A stretch of DNA of 64,000 nucleotides, taken from NCBI GenBank assembly GCA_015055865.1, contig SVHK01000001.1, positions 6,628 through 70,627 of the forward strand, written 5' to 3'. Positions 8,580 to 17,825 of the stretch are shown piece by piece. The stretch comes from Clostridiales bacterium. Its GTDB lineage: Bacteria > Bacillota > Clostridia > Christensenellales > Borkfalkiaceae. The notes beneath the pieces are model-generated. The model did no database searches. It was given only the letters and a program-made list of their open reading frames with translations, and was not told where the DNA came from. A program made the position numbers and the translations under genes. Numbering within the stretch: position 1 is the stretch's first letter; each line of letters begins with the position of its first letter.

Positions 8580-9521
8580 TCATATTGTCAAAATCAAATT
8601 GAACGCCAAGCCGACAAACACGGAAACTAAATATGCGAAAAATACCATCGCAACGTTGCGTTTCCACTTCTCGGTATTTTTCAGCAATACCACAAACCCC
8701 AGCCCTGCGTTCGCGCAAAGCCCTGCAAGACACGAACCGAACGAAATACCGCCAAGCAAAAAACTTTGCGTAATCACAACCGACGACGCGCAATTTGGAA
8801 TTAACCCGATTAACGCGGTAATAAACGGTTGCAAAAAGACGTTCTTTTGCATAAACGCGTAAAAAGCGTCTTCCCCTACCCACTCAATCGCCCAACCGAG
8901 CAAGAAATTAATTAAAAACACGAACCCTGCCACCTTCAAAGCGTGTAAAAGGGGGACGAACAAATACGTGTAAACGGGTCTTGTGCCGTCGTGCGGTTTA
9001 CCGCAAGCGGTACATTCGCTCGTTTCGTTGATATCTTCTAAATAATTTTTTATAAAAATATCGCGGACGGTTTTGGGATTAGAAATCTCGTACGCGGGTC
9101 TTGAACGCAGTTCTTGGTTTTTACCCGTTTTTTTCAAGAAAAAATCCACCGTATACCCGACGATAATACCGATAAAAATCTTACTGACAATCAACGGCAA
9201 TAACCACACCGCGCCCGCGCCGTCGGAAAGTAAAATAATAAACGCCTCGTCGCTCGTCGATAAGAAAATAGCAAACAACGTACCCACGGTAATATATTTT
9301 TGCTCAAATAACTTCGCCGCCATTACCGAAAATCCGCATTGGGGAATCAATCCCGTAACCGAACCGATTAACGGCGCGCCTTTACCTTGTAAGCGTTTAG
9401 AACGCGAAAAATCCGTCTTATTTTCCAACAGTTCGATGACGATATAAATAATCACGAGCCAAGGCAACAGCGCTAACGTATCGAAAAAAGCGTGTTCAAG
9501 CGCGTGCAAAATTTCGTGCAT
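8580..9521 (-). CDS. Putative 10-TM metal exporter/permease (ArsP_2-like)
   Basis: It has duplicated motifs GLIPQCGFSV and GLIPNCASSV in a polytopic protein. Its start overlaps the tsaD stop (TAATG). Confidence 0.55.
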   Translation of the reverse strand: MHEILHALEHAFFDTLALLPWLVIIYIVIELLENKTDFSRSKRLQGKGAPLIGSVTGLIPQCGFSVMAAKLFEQKYITVGTLFAIFLSTSDEAFIILLSDGAGAVWLLPLIVSKIFIGIIVGYTVDFFLKKTGKNQELRSRPAYEISNPKTVRDIFIKNYLEDINETSECTACGKPHDGTRPVYTYLFVPLLHALKVAGFVFLINFLLGWAIEWVGEDAFYAFMQKNVFLQPFITALIGLIPNCASSVVITQSFLLGGISFGSCLAGLCANAGLGFVVLLKNTEKWKRNVAMVFFAYLVSVFVGLAFNLILTI

Positions 9522-10615
9522 TATTCTACCCCCTTCTTGATTTTAGGCATACCTGTCCCTGTGCTTTCAAGGGTTTTCGTCAAAGGAATAGACGCTTTTG
9601 CATTCAAACTCATATCCGCAAAATTCCCTAATTTAAACTGTATAACCCCTTCCGAAGCAATCATCGCCGCGTTGTCGGTACAATAGCGTTTTTCGGGTAA
9701 AACGAGCTTAAATCCGCGTTGCTTGCATTGTTTTTGCAAGCTTTCACGAAGATAGGTATTCGCCGCAACCCCACCGCCGACGGTAATGGTGTCCACTCCT
9801 TTTTCTTCCCCTGCGTCGAGCGTTTTTTGAACGAGTACGTCCACCGCCGATTGTTGGAAAGACGACGCTACGTCCGATTTGGAATATTCTTCACCCTTTT
9901 GTTCTTTCGTATGGCAATAATTAATGACCGCGGTTTTCAATCCGCTGTACGAAAAATTATATCCACCGCCACCTTTGAACATTTTTGGAAACGAAATATT
10001 CGCAGTCCCTTCTAAAGCGCACTTTTCAATATTCGGACCACCGGGGTATTTCAAACCCAAAACTCTTGCAACTTTATCAAACGCCTCGCCTGCCGCGTCG
10101 TCGAGCGTCGAGCCGAGAATTTCAAACTCCGCTTCCGACTTCGCGTACAAAATCGCGGTATGACCACCGCTACAAAGTAACGTGACGAACGGGGGTTTTA
10201 ACGTAGGAGAATCCAAATACGCCGCCGCCAAATGACCGCGAATGTGATTGACGGCTATAAGCGGTTTATTAAGCGCGTAAGCAAACGCTTTCGCGAAGGA
10301 CACGCCTACGAGCAACGCGCCTAAAAGCCCTGCGCCGTACGTAACCGCTACCCCGTCTATATCCGCGTAAGTAATTCCCGCGTTTTTAATCGCGCGTTCC
10401 ACCACCGTCGCCACTTCGTCGGTGTGAACTCTAGACGCGATTTCGGGTACGACTCCGCCGTAGAGCGCTTGAATACTTGCCGACGACGCGATTTCGTCCG
10501 ACAAAATTTTCCTACCCTGAACGACGGCGGCCGCCGTTTCGTCGCAAGACGTTTCAATCCCTAAAATAATCGGGTCTTTTTTAGTTGTGTCAATCGTTTT
10601 TAAAGGTGTGTACAT
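9521..10615 (-). CDS. tsaD: tRNA N6-adenosine threonylcarbamoyltransferase
   Basis: It carries the N-terminal ILGIETSCDETAAAVV motif and Kae1/Gcp family signatures throughout. Confidence 0.95.
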   Translation of the reverse strand: MYTPLKTIDTTKKDPIILGIETSCDETAAAVVQGRKILSDEIASSASIQALYGGVVPEIASRVHTDEVATVVERAIKNAGITYADIDGVAVTYGAGLLGALLVGVSFAKAFAYALNKPLIAVNHIRGHLAAAYLDSPTLKPPFVTLLCSGGHTAILYAKSEAEFEILGSTLDDAAGEAFDKVARVLGLKYPGGPNIEKCALEGTANISFPKMFKGGGGYNFSYSGLKTAVINYCHTKEQKGEEYSKSDVASSFQQSAVDVLVQKTLDAGEEKGVDTITVGGGVAANTYLRESLQKQCKQRGFKLVLPEKRYCTDNAAMIASEGVIQFKLGNFADMSLNAKASIPLTKTLESTGTGMPKIKKGVE

Positions 10616-10640
10616 AATAGATAATAATCGCTAATGATTG

Positions 10641-10673
10641 ATATAAAATACGGCGGAGTAATCACTCCGCCGT
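10641..10673 (-). terminator. Intrinsic terminator after prfB
   Basis: A 10-bp stem acggcggagt / actccgccgt followed on the minus strand by AUUUUAUAU. Confidence 0.55.
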
Positions 10674-10698
10674 TTCGTTTATTTTTATACGGCGAATT

Positions 10699-11796
10699 TT
10701 AAGTCTTTTTCAAATAGTCGATGATAAAGCCGTGGATATCACCGTCCATAACGCTTTGAACGTCGCCCTTTTCAAACCCCGTTCTATGGTCTTTCGCCAT
10801 CGTGTACGGGCAGAATACGTAGGAACGAATTTGCGCGCCCCACTCGATTTTTTTCACGTCGCCTTTGAGCGCGTCCGCTTCCGCTTGCCGTTCTTGGATT
10901 TTTCTTTCCAAGAGTTTAGAACGGAGCATTTGGAAACAAAACTCTTTATTTTGCAACTGCGAACGTTCGTTTTGGCATTGTACCACAATCCCCGTCGGGA
11001 AGTGCGTAATTCTAACCGCCGACGCAACTTTGTTTACGTTTTGACCACCTGCGCCACCCGAATGGTAAATATCAATACGAATATCGTCGTCGTTGATTTC
11101 TACTTCGGTATCGTCTTCAACTTCGGGCATAACTTCAAGCGAGCAAAAAGACGTTTGACGACGCTTGTTCGCGTCGAAAGGCGAGATACGAACGAGCCGA
11201 TGCACACCCATCTCCGCTTTCAAGAACCCGTAAGCGTTTTCGCCTTCGACTCTGAAATCGACGCTTTTATAGCCTGCGCCGTCGCCGGCTTCTCTATCGA
11301 GTTCGATGACTTTAAACCCCATCTTTTCGCAATATCGGCAATACATTCTATAAAGCATCGAACACCAATCGCAAGCTTCCGTACCGCCTGCGCCGGCGTG
11401 TAAAGCGAGCATCGCGTTGTGCGAATCGTAAGGCCCTTTCAAAATCGCGCGGATACGCATATCTTCAATATCTTTTTCCGCCACCGAAAGCATCTCGTCA
11501 AGCTCCGCAATCAAACTCTCGTCGCCCGTTTCTTCGATTAAATCGATAACGTCCCCAGCGTCCGAAAGAGCGGTTGCGCCCTTTTCGTAAGCGGTAATTT
11601 TATTTCGGATTAAAGCAAGCTCTTTGCCGATTTTAGTGGATTTCTCTATATCCTGCCAAACGTCGGGGTTTTCTTGTTCTTTTTCAAGCTCGGCAAGGCG
11701 CACCTTTTGGTTTTCGATATCGAGCGCGTAACCCGCTTCTTTAAGCGTTTCACGCATTCCGTTAATTTTAAATCTGTAATCGTCTGCTTTGAACAT
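10699..11796 (-). CDS. prfB: Peptide chain release factor 2 (single uninterrupted frame)
   Basis: It has the SPF tripeptide (RISPFDA) and the GGQ motif (SGGAGGQNVNKV), and shows the secA-prfB synteny typical of Bacillota. Confidence 0.95.
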   Translation of the reverse strand: MFKADDYRFKINGMRETLKEAGYALDIENQKVRLAELEKEQENPDVWQDIEKSTKIGKELALIRNKITAYEKGATALSDAGDVIDLIEETGDESLIAELDEMLSVAEKDIEDMRIRAILKGPYDSHNAMLALHAGAGGTEACDWCSMLYRMYCRYCEKMGFKVIELDREAGDGAGYKSVDFRVEGENAYGFLKAEMGVHRLVRISPFDANKRRQTSFCSLEVMPEVEDDTEVEINDDDIRIDIYHSGGAGGQNVNKVASAVRITHFPTGIVVQCQNERSQLQNKEFCFQMLRSKLLERKIQERQAEADALKGDVKKIEWGAQIRSYVFCPYTMAKDHRTGFEKGDVQSVMDGDIHGFIIDYLKKT

Positions 11797-11810
11797 ATTT
11801 TTCCTTAATT

Positions 11811-14741
11811 TTATTTGTTCTCGTCTTTATTTTCCGTTGCTTGCGCGTTTTTTTGTTGAGAAGACATTTGGCTCAAAGGCACGGGCATCATACGACGAAC
11901 AGGACGTCTTACGGGTTGCGCGCTTTGATTAGCTTGCACAGGTTGCGCAGGCTGAGGTTGAGCAGGCGCTTGGCGTACTTCCACCTTCACCTTCAAAAGT
12001 ACGGAAATGGTCGTTCTTTGGATACGTTCTACCATTTCGTCGAACATATCGAACCCTTCTTGCTTGTACGAAATAACGGGGTCGACTTGCCCGTAAGCGC
12101 GAAGACCGATACCCTTTCTAAGTTGGTCCATCGCGTCGATATGGTCAATCCAATTTCTATCAACCGTCATCAAAAGCACTCGTCTTTCAACGTCGTGGAA
12201 GTCCACGCCTATTTCTTTGAGTTCTTCAATCTTCTTTTCGTATTCTTTAATCGCCTTATTCGTAATCTTGCGAATAGCGGTTTCGTAATCCCACTTCGTC
12301 AATCTTTCACGGGTAACGTAATTCGTCCCTTCAGGCAAAATCTTCGTTTCAAGAGCTTGATTGAGCTCCACTTCGCTCCAAAGTTCGGGCATATCTTCCA
12401 CGTTGACCGCACTACGCACCGTTTCTATTACGAAATCGGGGATATATTTAAGGACTTGTTCGTGTACGTTCTCGCCCTTAAGCACTTTCATACGTTCCGC
12501 GTACATAACTTCACGTTGCTTATTCATAACGTCGTCGTATTGAAGTACGTTTTTACGGATACCGAAGTTTCTACCTTCAATCGTTCTTTGCGCGTTTTCA
12601 ATGCCGTGCGAAAGCATCTTGGATTGCAAACAGGTATCTTCGTCGATTTTGAAAGCCGTATAAAGCGCTTTCATTCTTTCGCCACCGAAACGTTTTACCA
12701 AATCGTCTTCAAGCGAAAGGAAGAATACGGACATACCGATGTCCCCTTGACGACCTGCACGACCGCGGAGCTGGTTGTCGATACGACGGGATTCGTGACG
12801 TTCCGTACCGATAATGCAAAGACCGCCCGCCGCAATAACGTCCGTCTTTTCCTTATCCGTTTGTTCTTTATAATACGCGTAAACTTTTTCGTATCTATCA
12901 CGAAGAACTTGAATATCGTCGGGGATATCCGTGATATACGTGCTCATCGCCAAATCGATGTCTTCCGGCTTCGCGCCTTCTTCACGCAAACGTTTCTTCG
13001 CAAGGTATTCGGGGTTACCACCGAGCAAAATGTCCGTACCACGTCCAGCCATATTGGTAGAGATGGTAACCGCGCCAAGACGACCTGCTTGCGCAACGAT
13101 TTCCGCTTCGCGTTCGTGGTTTTTCGCGTTCAAAATGTTATGTTTAACGCCGTTACGTTTCAAAAGACGGGAAATTTCTTCCGATTTATCAACGGACGAA
13201 GTCCCGACCAAAATAGGTTGACCGCTTTCGTGTCTTTCCACGATTTCGTTGACAATCGCGCGTTTCTTGCCGTCCACCGTCGAATATACCATATCAGGCA
13301 AATCTACACGTTGAATAGGCTTATTCGTGGGAATTTCCACAACGTCGAGCGAGTAAATCGTTCTAAATTCCGCTTCTTCCGTCTTCGCCGTACCAGTCAT
13401 ACCGGAAAGCTTAGAGTATAAACGGAAATAGTTTTGGAAAGTAATGGTTGCATAGGTCTTATTTTCACTTCTAACTTCCACGCCTTCTTTCGCTTCAATC
13501 GCTTGGTGCAACCCGTCCGAATACCGACGGCCAATCATCAAACGGCCGGTAAATTCGTCAACGATAACGACTTCGCCGTCGTTCACGATATAGTCTTCGT
13601 CGAGTTTGAAAAGCTTATGCGCTTTGAGCGCTTGTTGAATATGGTGGTTCAAGTCCGCGTGCGCGATTTCCGCAATATTGTCGATATGGAAGAAACGTTC
13701 TGCCTTTTGCGCACCGCTGTCGGTAAGCTCAACCGTCTTGTCCTTTCTGGAAATGATATAATCCCAATCTTTGCTTGCCGCAAGCGACTTCTTCCCTTCA
13801 GGCGCGTTCAACTGAGCAATTGCTCTCTTTTCCGCTTGTTCCGCTTCGTAGTTCGCTTGTTCTTCCAAGGTCATCTTGGTATAGTCAACCGTTTCTTCTT
13901 CGTCGTCTTCTTCAACGACTACTTTTTTCTTATTCTTCTTTTTACTTTCGCGAAGTTGCTTGTACGCTTCGTCTTCTTGTTCTTTAAGCTCGTCGTCAAA
14001 ACCTCCCGAAAGCGTGCGAACGAATCTATCCACTTGCACGTACAAATCGGACGATTTCTCGCCCTTACCGGAAATAATAAGCGGAGTTCTCGCTTCGTCA
14101 ATCAAAATGGAGTCGACTTCGTCCACAATCGCGAACGTCAAATCGCGTTGTACCATTTTAGTTAAATCCGTTTTAAGATTATCACGAAGATAATCGAAAC
14201 CGAACTCGTTATTCGTACCGTAAACGATGTCGCACTTATATGCTTCACGCTTTTCGTCGTCTTCCATACCGGGTACGACGACGCCGACGGTCAAGCCCAT
14301 AAACTTATGCACTTTCCCCATCCATTCTGCGTCACGTTTCGCCAAGTAATCGTTAACGGTTACGACGTGAACGCTCTTACCCGTAAGCGCGTTCAAATAC
14401 GCAGGTAACGTGGAAACGAGCGTTTTACCTTCACCCGTTCTCATTTCGGCAATACGGCCTTGGTGCAAACAAATACCACCGATAATTTGCACTCTAAAGT
14501 GTTTCATTTTAAGTACGCGCCAAGCCGCCTCACGGAGCGCAGCAAAAGCGTCGTAAAGAATATCGTCGAGCGTTTCGCCGTTTGCCAAACGGTCTTTTAA
14601 AACTTGCGTTTGCCCTTTAAGCTCGTCGTCGCTCATCTCGGCGTACTTGCTTTCTAACGCCTCAACCTTATCCGCCATCACACCGAGCTTTTTCAAGCTC
14701 CTTCTCGCATCGCTACCCATTAAATAACTAATTAATCCCAT
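11811..14741 (-). CDS. secA: Preprotein translocase ATPase SecA
   Basis: The Walker A motif MRTGEGKTL, DEAD-like DEVDSILIDEARTPLIIS and IRA/HSD regions are all recognisable. The protein is 976 aa. Confidence 0.97.
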   Translation of the reverse strand: MGLISYLMGSDARRSLKKLGVMADKVEALESKYAEMSDDELKGQTQVLKDRLANGETLDDILYDAFAALREAAWRVLKMKHFRVQIIGGICLHQGRIAEMRTGEGKTLVSTLPAYLNALTGKSVHVVTVNDYLAKRDAEWMGKVHKFMGLTVGVVVPGMEDDEKREAYKCDIVYGTNNEFGFDYLRDNLKTDLTKMVQRDLTFAIVDEVDSILIDEARTPLIISGKGEKSSDLYVQVDRFVRTLSGGFDDELKEQEDEAYKQLRESKKKNKKKVVVEEDDEEETVDYTKMTLEEQANYEAEQAEKRAIAQLNAPEGKKSLAASKDWDYIISRKDKTVELTDSGAQKAERFFHIDNIAEIAHADLNHHIQQALKAHKLFKLDEDYIVNDGEVVIVDEFTGRLMIGRRYSDGLHQAIEAKEGVEVRSENKTYATITFQNYFRLYSKLSGMTGTAKTEEAEFRTIYSLDVVEIPTNKPIQRVDLPDMVYSTVDGKKRAIVNEIVERHESGQPILVGTSSVDKSEEISRLLKRNGVKHNILNAKNHEREAEIVAQAGRLGAVTISTNMAGRGTDILLGGNPEYLAKKRLREEGAKPEDIDLAMSTYITDIPDDIQVLRDRYEKVYAYYKEQTDKEKTDVIAAGGLCIIGTERHESRRIDNQLRGRAGRQGDIGMSVFFLSLEDDLVKRFGGERMKALYTAFKIDEDTCLQSKMLSHGIENAQRTIEGRNFGIRKNVLQYDDVMNKQREVMYAERMKVLKGENVHEQVLKYIPDFVIETVRSAVNVEDMPELWSEVELNQALETKILPEGTNYVTRERLTKWDYETAIRKITNKAIKEYEKKIEELKEIGVDFHDVERRVLLMTVDRNWIDHIDAMDQLRKGIGLRAYGQVDPVISYKQEGFDMFDEMVERIQRTTISVLLKVKVEVRQAPAQPQPAQPVQANQSAQPVRRPVRRMMPVPLSQMSSQQKNAQATENKDENK

Positions 14742-15054
14742 TGAATAACTCCAACCGTTTATTTCTACGGCTTTTCGCCGTTTTTATACCATTTATAATT
14801 GTACTATATTTTGCTCGAAAATGAAAGCGTTTTTTACGGGTTTTGAACAAAAAATCCGTCGATTTGTCCCGAAAAGAGCTATTTTCTTTACAATATAATT
14901 ATAATTCCTTTTTAGATAGTTTAATTATAACCTTTATCCTTAAAATTTAAACAAAAAAACGCAGTCCAAAGCTATCCCTTGAACTCGCGTATTTAAAATT
15001 TGTATTTACTTTTTATTCTTTTCGCTAAAGAATACTTTATAGCAAAACACAACG

Positions 15055-15298
15055 GAAACGCAACACAGTATTGCGACTGTTACAACGTCCAGCCGTCGTT
15101 AATTGGATAGCCGTACGCAAGCTAAGAAACGCAGAGCTTGACGTAGAAATGTGACGGTTATACAAGTAAGCCCGTCGCTTGGATAGAGAAGCAAGCAGTT
15201 CAAGAAGAGCGAGCATTTCCAACGGGAGCGTACTAGCCGTACGTGACCTAGGAAACGCGGAGCTCGACGTAGAAATGCGTAGCTTATATATTCAAGCC
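15055..15298. repeat. Modular intergenic repeat, locus A (two divergent M2-type units plus an M2 tail)
   Basis: It shares ...gagcgagcattt-c--a-gggagcgtac-loop-gtacg-gacc-a-gaaacgcggagctcgacg-ag-a-tgcg... with loci B and C. It lies between the comFC stop and the secA start. Confidence 0.7.
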
Positions 15299-15306
15299 TA
15301 ATATAA

Positions 15307-16029
15307 TTACAGTCTTTCTTTCAAGGACGACGCCGTTAAAAAAATTACCGCTCTCGCTCCTGCATTTTTGAGCACTCTTGCGCATTCGCTACCCGTTGCG
15401 CCCGTCGTCATAATATCGTCAATCAACAAAATATCCCTGTCTTTAACGGTTTTACGTTTATGTACCCGATACGCACCCGAAACGTTTTCCACCCGTTCTT
15501 TGCCAGAAAGATTTTTTTGTTGAACGTTTTCACGAGTTTTATGCAACACGTCAAAATCGCATTCCAACCCTAATTTATCCGCAACGACTTTCGCTAGTTC
15601 TTCCGATTGATTATATCCACGCGCAACTATTTTCTCTTCCGTCAACGGCACGCAGGTTACGAGTAAGTCATTGATTTGAATTTCCGAACGCAGATAGTTA
15701 GCCATTTCCTCCCCGAAAAAGTTGGATAAATACCTATCCCCGTTTTTCAAACGGTTAATTAAAGACGCCGTTAACCCTTCGTACGTGAACGGCGAAAAAC
15801 TCATCGTAAAATTGGGCAAATTTTGTTTACAAGCCAAACATACCCCACTCGCACGGGTTTTTCTGCCACACTTAGGGCAAACGTGTTCGGAATTTTTTAT
15901 CAACGCCTTTTCGCAGTCCGCGCAAAGCCGTTGTTCGGGATAGTTAAACACTTCCACCCCACAACTATCGCAGGTATGCCCGAACCTAGCGAAAAAGGTT
16001 CGGAGCTTTTCTCCAAACCTTTTCATCAT
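15307..16029 (-). CDS. comFC: ComF family protein (double zinc ribbon plus phosphoribosyltransferase domain)
   Basis: It has N-terminal CxxC pairs and the PRTase motif ILLIDDIMTTGAT. Confidence 0.85.
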   Translation of the reverse strand: MMKRFGEKLRTFFARFGHTCDSCGVEVFNYPEQRLCADCEKALIKNSEHVCPKCGRKTRASGVCLACKQNLPNFTMSFSPFTYEGLTASLINRLKNGDRYLSNFFGEEMANYLRSEIQINDLLVTCVPLTEEKIVARGYNQSEELAKVVADKLGLECDFDVLHKTRENVQQKNLSGKERVENVSGAYRVHKRKTVKDRDILLIDDIMTTGATGSECARVLKNAGARAVIFLTASSLKERL

Positions 16030-16988
16030 TCTTCTTTTCCTTTTTTAAGTTCGTAACGCACCAACGCGTAAGATAAAGCTACGCCAACCGCCAATAACCC
16101 CAGCCCCAACGCTACGTCAAGCGCAGGTACGCCGTTTGCAAACCAATCCACGTACACCGCTAAAATATCCGCATTGAAAAACATCGACAAAATCGAGCCA
16201 AGCGACAATCCGACAATCATTGAGTAGGCGGTATGCCTTGCTTTATTAAATAATATGGTAAGGATTTTCGAAAAAGTAAACAATCCCGTCAAAAAACCTA
16301 CGCCGAGCGAAATATAATTCAAAAATACAAGCGGATATTTCGTCCAAAACGCGAAACTTACGCTGTTCATTAAATCGTTAAACCAGCCGAGCGACATCAA
16401 TAACGCGCTCGCGCTTAACCCCGGTACGATTTGCGTCATAGCAAGCAAATACCCAACCGGCAAGCAAAGCAAAGTGCGGAAAGAAACGCTCGTAAATTTA
16501 TTATAATCCACAACGGGATTCAACGAAAGGGGCATCGGCGTTCTCGATAACCGCCACGCCGAGAACACGCCGAGCGCAACGGGCAACAATACGCCGAGAA
16601 CGAATAACCCTATCCGCAAAGGCGTGATTTTCGCGCCTTTTAATTCCACCGATACCGCTGGAAACGCGCCTATCATTAATCCGGCGAACAAACAAACGAC
16701 GGCAAACGGCAAAATTTCAAGCAAACTCTTTACGCCTAAAAATCCTACTACTAACCCTAACAACATTCCCAATCCAATTGGCAATAAGAACTTAAAACAA
16801 CGCTTAAAGTCCTTAAATAAGTTGCCAATAGCGTAAAGGAATTGGTCGTACAGCTTAAAAATAATCGCGACCGTCGAACCGCTAATTCCCGGTACGATGA
16901 CGGCTAAGCCGATAAATACGCCGAGCAACGCGCTTTTTCCCCAAGTTTTTTTCGTATATTTAATTAAAGCGATTTCGTATTCGGACAT
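16026..16988 (-). CDS. DUF368 family membrane protein (putative undecaprenyl-phosphate translocase family)
   Basis: It has duplicated PGISGST / VPGLSAS motifs in a polytopic protein. Confidence 0.8.
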   Translation of the reverse strand: MSEYEIALIKYTKKTWGKSALLGVFIGLAVIVPGISGSTVAIIFKLYDQFLYAIGNLFKDFKRCFKFLLPIGLGMLLGLVVGFLGVKSLLEILPFAVVCLFAGLMIGAFPAVSVELKGAKITPLRIGLFVLGVLLPVALGVFSAWRLSRTPMPLSLNPVVDYNKFTSVSFRTLLCLPVGYLLAMTQIVPGLSASALLMSLGWFNDLMNSVSFAFWTKYPLVFLNYISLGVGFLTGLFTFSKILTILFNKARHTAYSMIVGLSLGSILSMFFNADILAVYVDWFANGVPALDVALGLGLLAVGVALSYALVRYELKKGKEE

Positions 16989-17090
16989 TCCAAGCCCCTT
17001 TTTATTTTTTGGTTTTATCGTAGAGAACGTTGATTTTAGCCAAAATTTATTTTTAGCGATTAAACGACATAACGTCTATTTTTCGTTCGG

Positions 17091-17639
17091 CTAATCCCTG
17101 CCCCCATCGGATAAGGTCTTTTTTTGCCTTATATACCGCAACAACACCCCCGCCAACCAAATAGATGCAAGCGCAAACGCAAACCCTGCGCACGCGCCAA
17201 GACAGTCCATTAAAACGTCGGCAAGCTCTTGCGTGCGACCAGCCGTAAAGGTCTGTAAGTACTCGTCGAAAACCGCCACGCCGAAACACAACGGCAGGGG
17301 TATGGCAAAGAAATATTTGATTTTCGTATAGGAACGCACGCACCAAGTTACGAGCGCGCAAAGCAAAGCAAACTCCGCGAAATGCGCCAAGCTTCTCACC
17401 AATTTATGTAGAATATAAAAATCTTCTTGTTCCGTTTTACCGCCGAGCGAAAGGTCTGGTTTAAACGTTTCGAGTACGTCTTGCACGCCTTCCGTTACCT
17501 GCGAACTTTGTTGTCCCGATTGCGTCGAGTCTTTCAGCGAATTAGAAAAAATCCACGCTATCATCAATATGCACAGTAAAGTCAAAATTATGCGAACGCA
17601 CCAAATTTTCAGTTTTTCATTAAATTCTATTTTTCTCAT
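17091..17639 (-). CDS. VanZ-like family membrane protein
   Basis: It has 4-5 TM helices and a C-terminal DEYLQTFTAGRTQELADVLMDCLGA motif typical of VanZ-like proteins. Confidence 0.75.
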   Translation of the reverse strand: MRKIEFNEKLKIWCVRIILTLLCILMIAWIFSNSLKDSTQSGQQSSQVTEGVQDVLETFKPDLSLGGKTEQEDFYILHKLVRSLAHFAEFALLCALVTWCVRSYTKIKYFFAIPLPLCFGVAVFDEYLQTFTAGRTQELADVLMDCLGACAGFAFALASIWLAGVLLRYIRQKKTLSDGGRD

Positions 17640-17825
17640 ACTATTATATTATACTTCAAAAATCCCGAACGGTCAAGGGATATTTAAAAATTCCCAATTA
17701 TTTTTTTGCTTTTTTGGAAATTATTGAATGTTTCGACCTTTTTTACTGTTTTTACGCAAAATCTGTCATCTTTTTTCCCCCTTCCGCGCATATAATTTAA
17801 TAAATAACTTCACGGCGGTATACTT

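Noticed and set aside
8551-8883. A 110-aa minus-strand ORF overlapping the 3' end of the permease gene in another frame.
   Set aside because: It is Arg/Cys-rich and unstructured. It overlaps a well-supported polytopic membrane protein ORF and has no RBS.
11841-13421. A 526-aa ORF on the plus strand inside secA, and similar long antisense ORFs at 13434-14165, 10732-11403, 31171-31647 and 33304-33837.
   Set aside because: They lie fully antisense to strongly conserved housekeeping genes. Their composition is R/F/L-rich and low in complexity, and they have no RBS. They are typical shadow ORFs.
14767-14786. A short hairpin acggc/gccgt plus T5 on the plus strand in the secA leader, as a possible plus-strand terminator.
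   Set aside because: The stem is only 5 bp, and no plus-strand transcription unit lies upstream. It is probably fortuitous or part of the secA 5' UTR structure.
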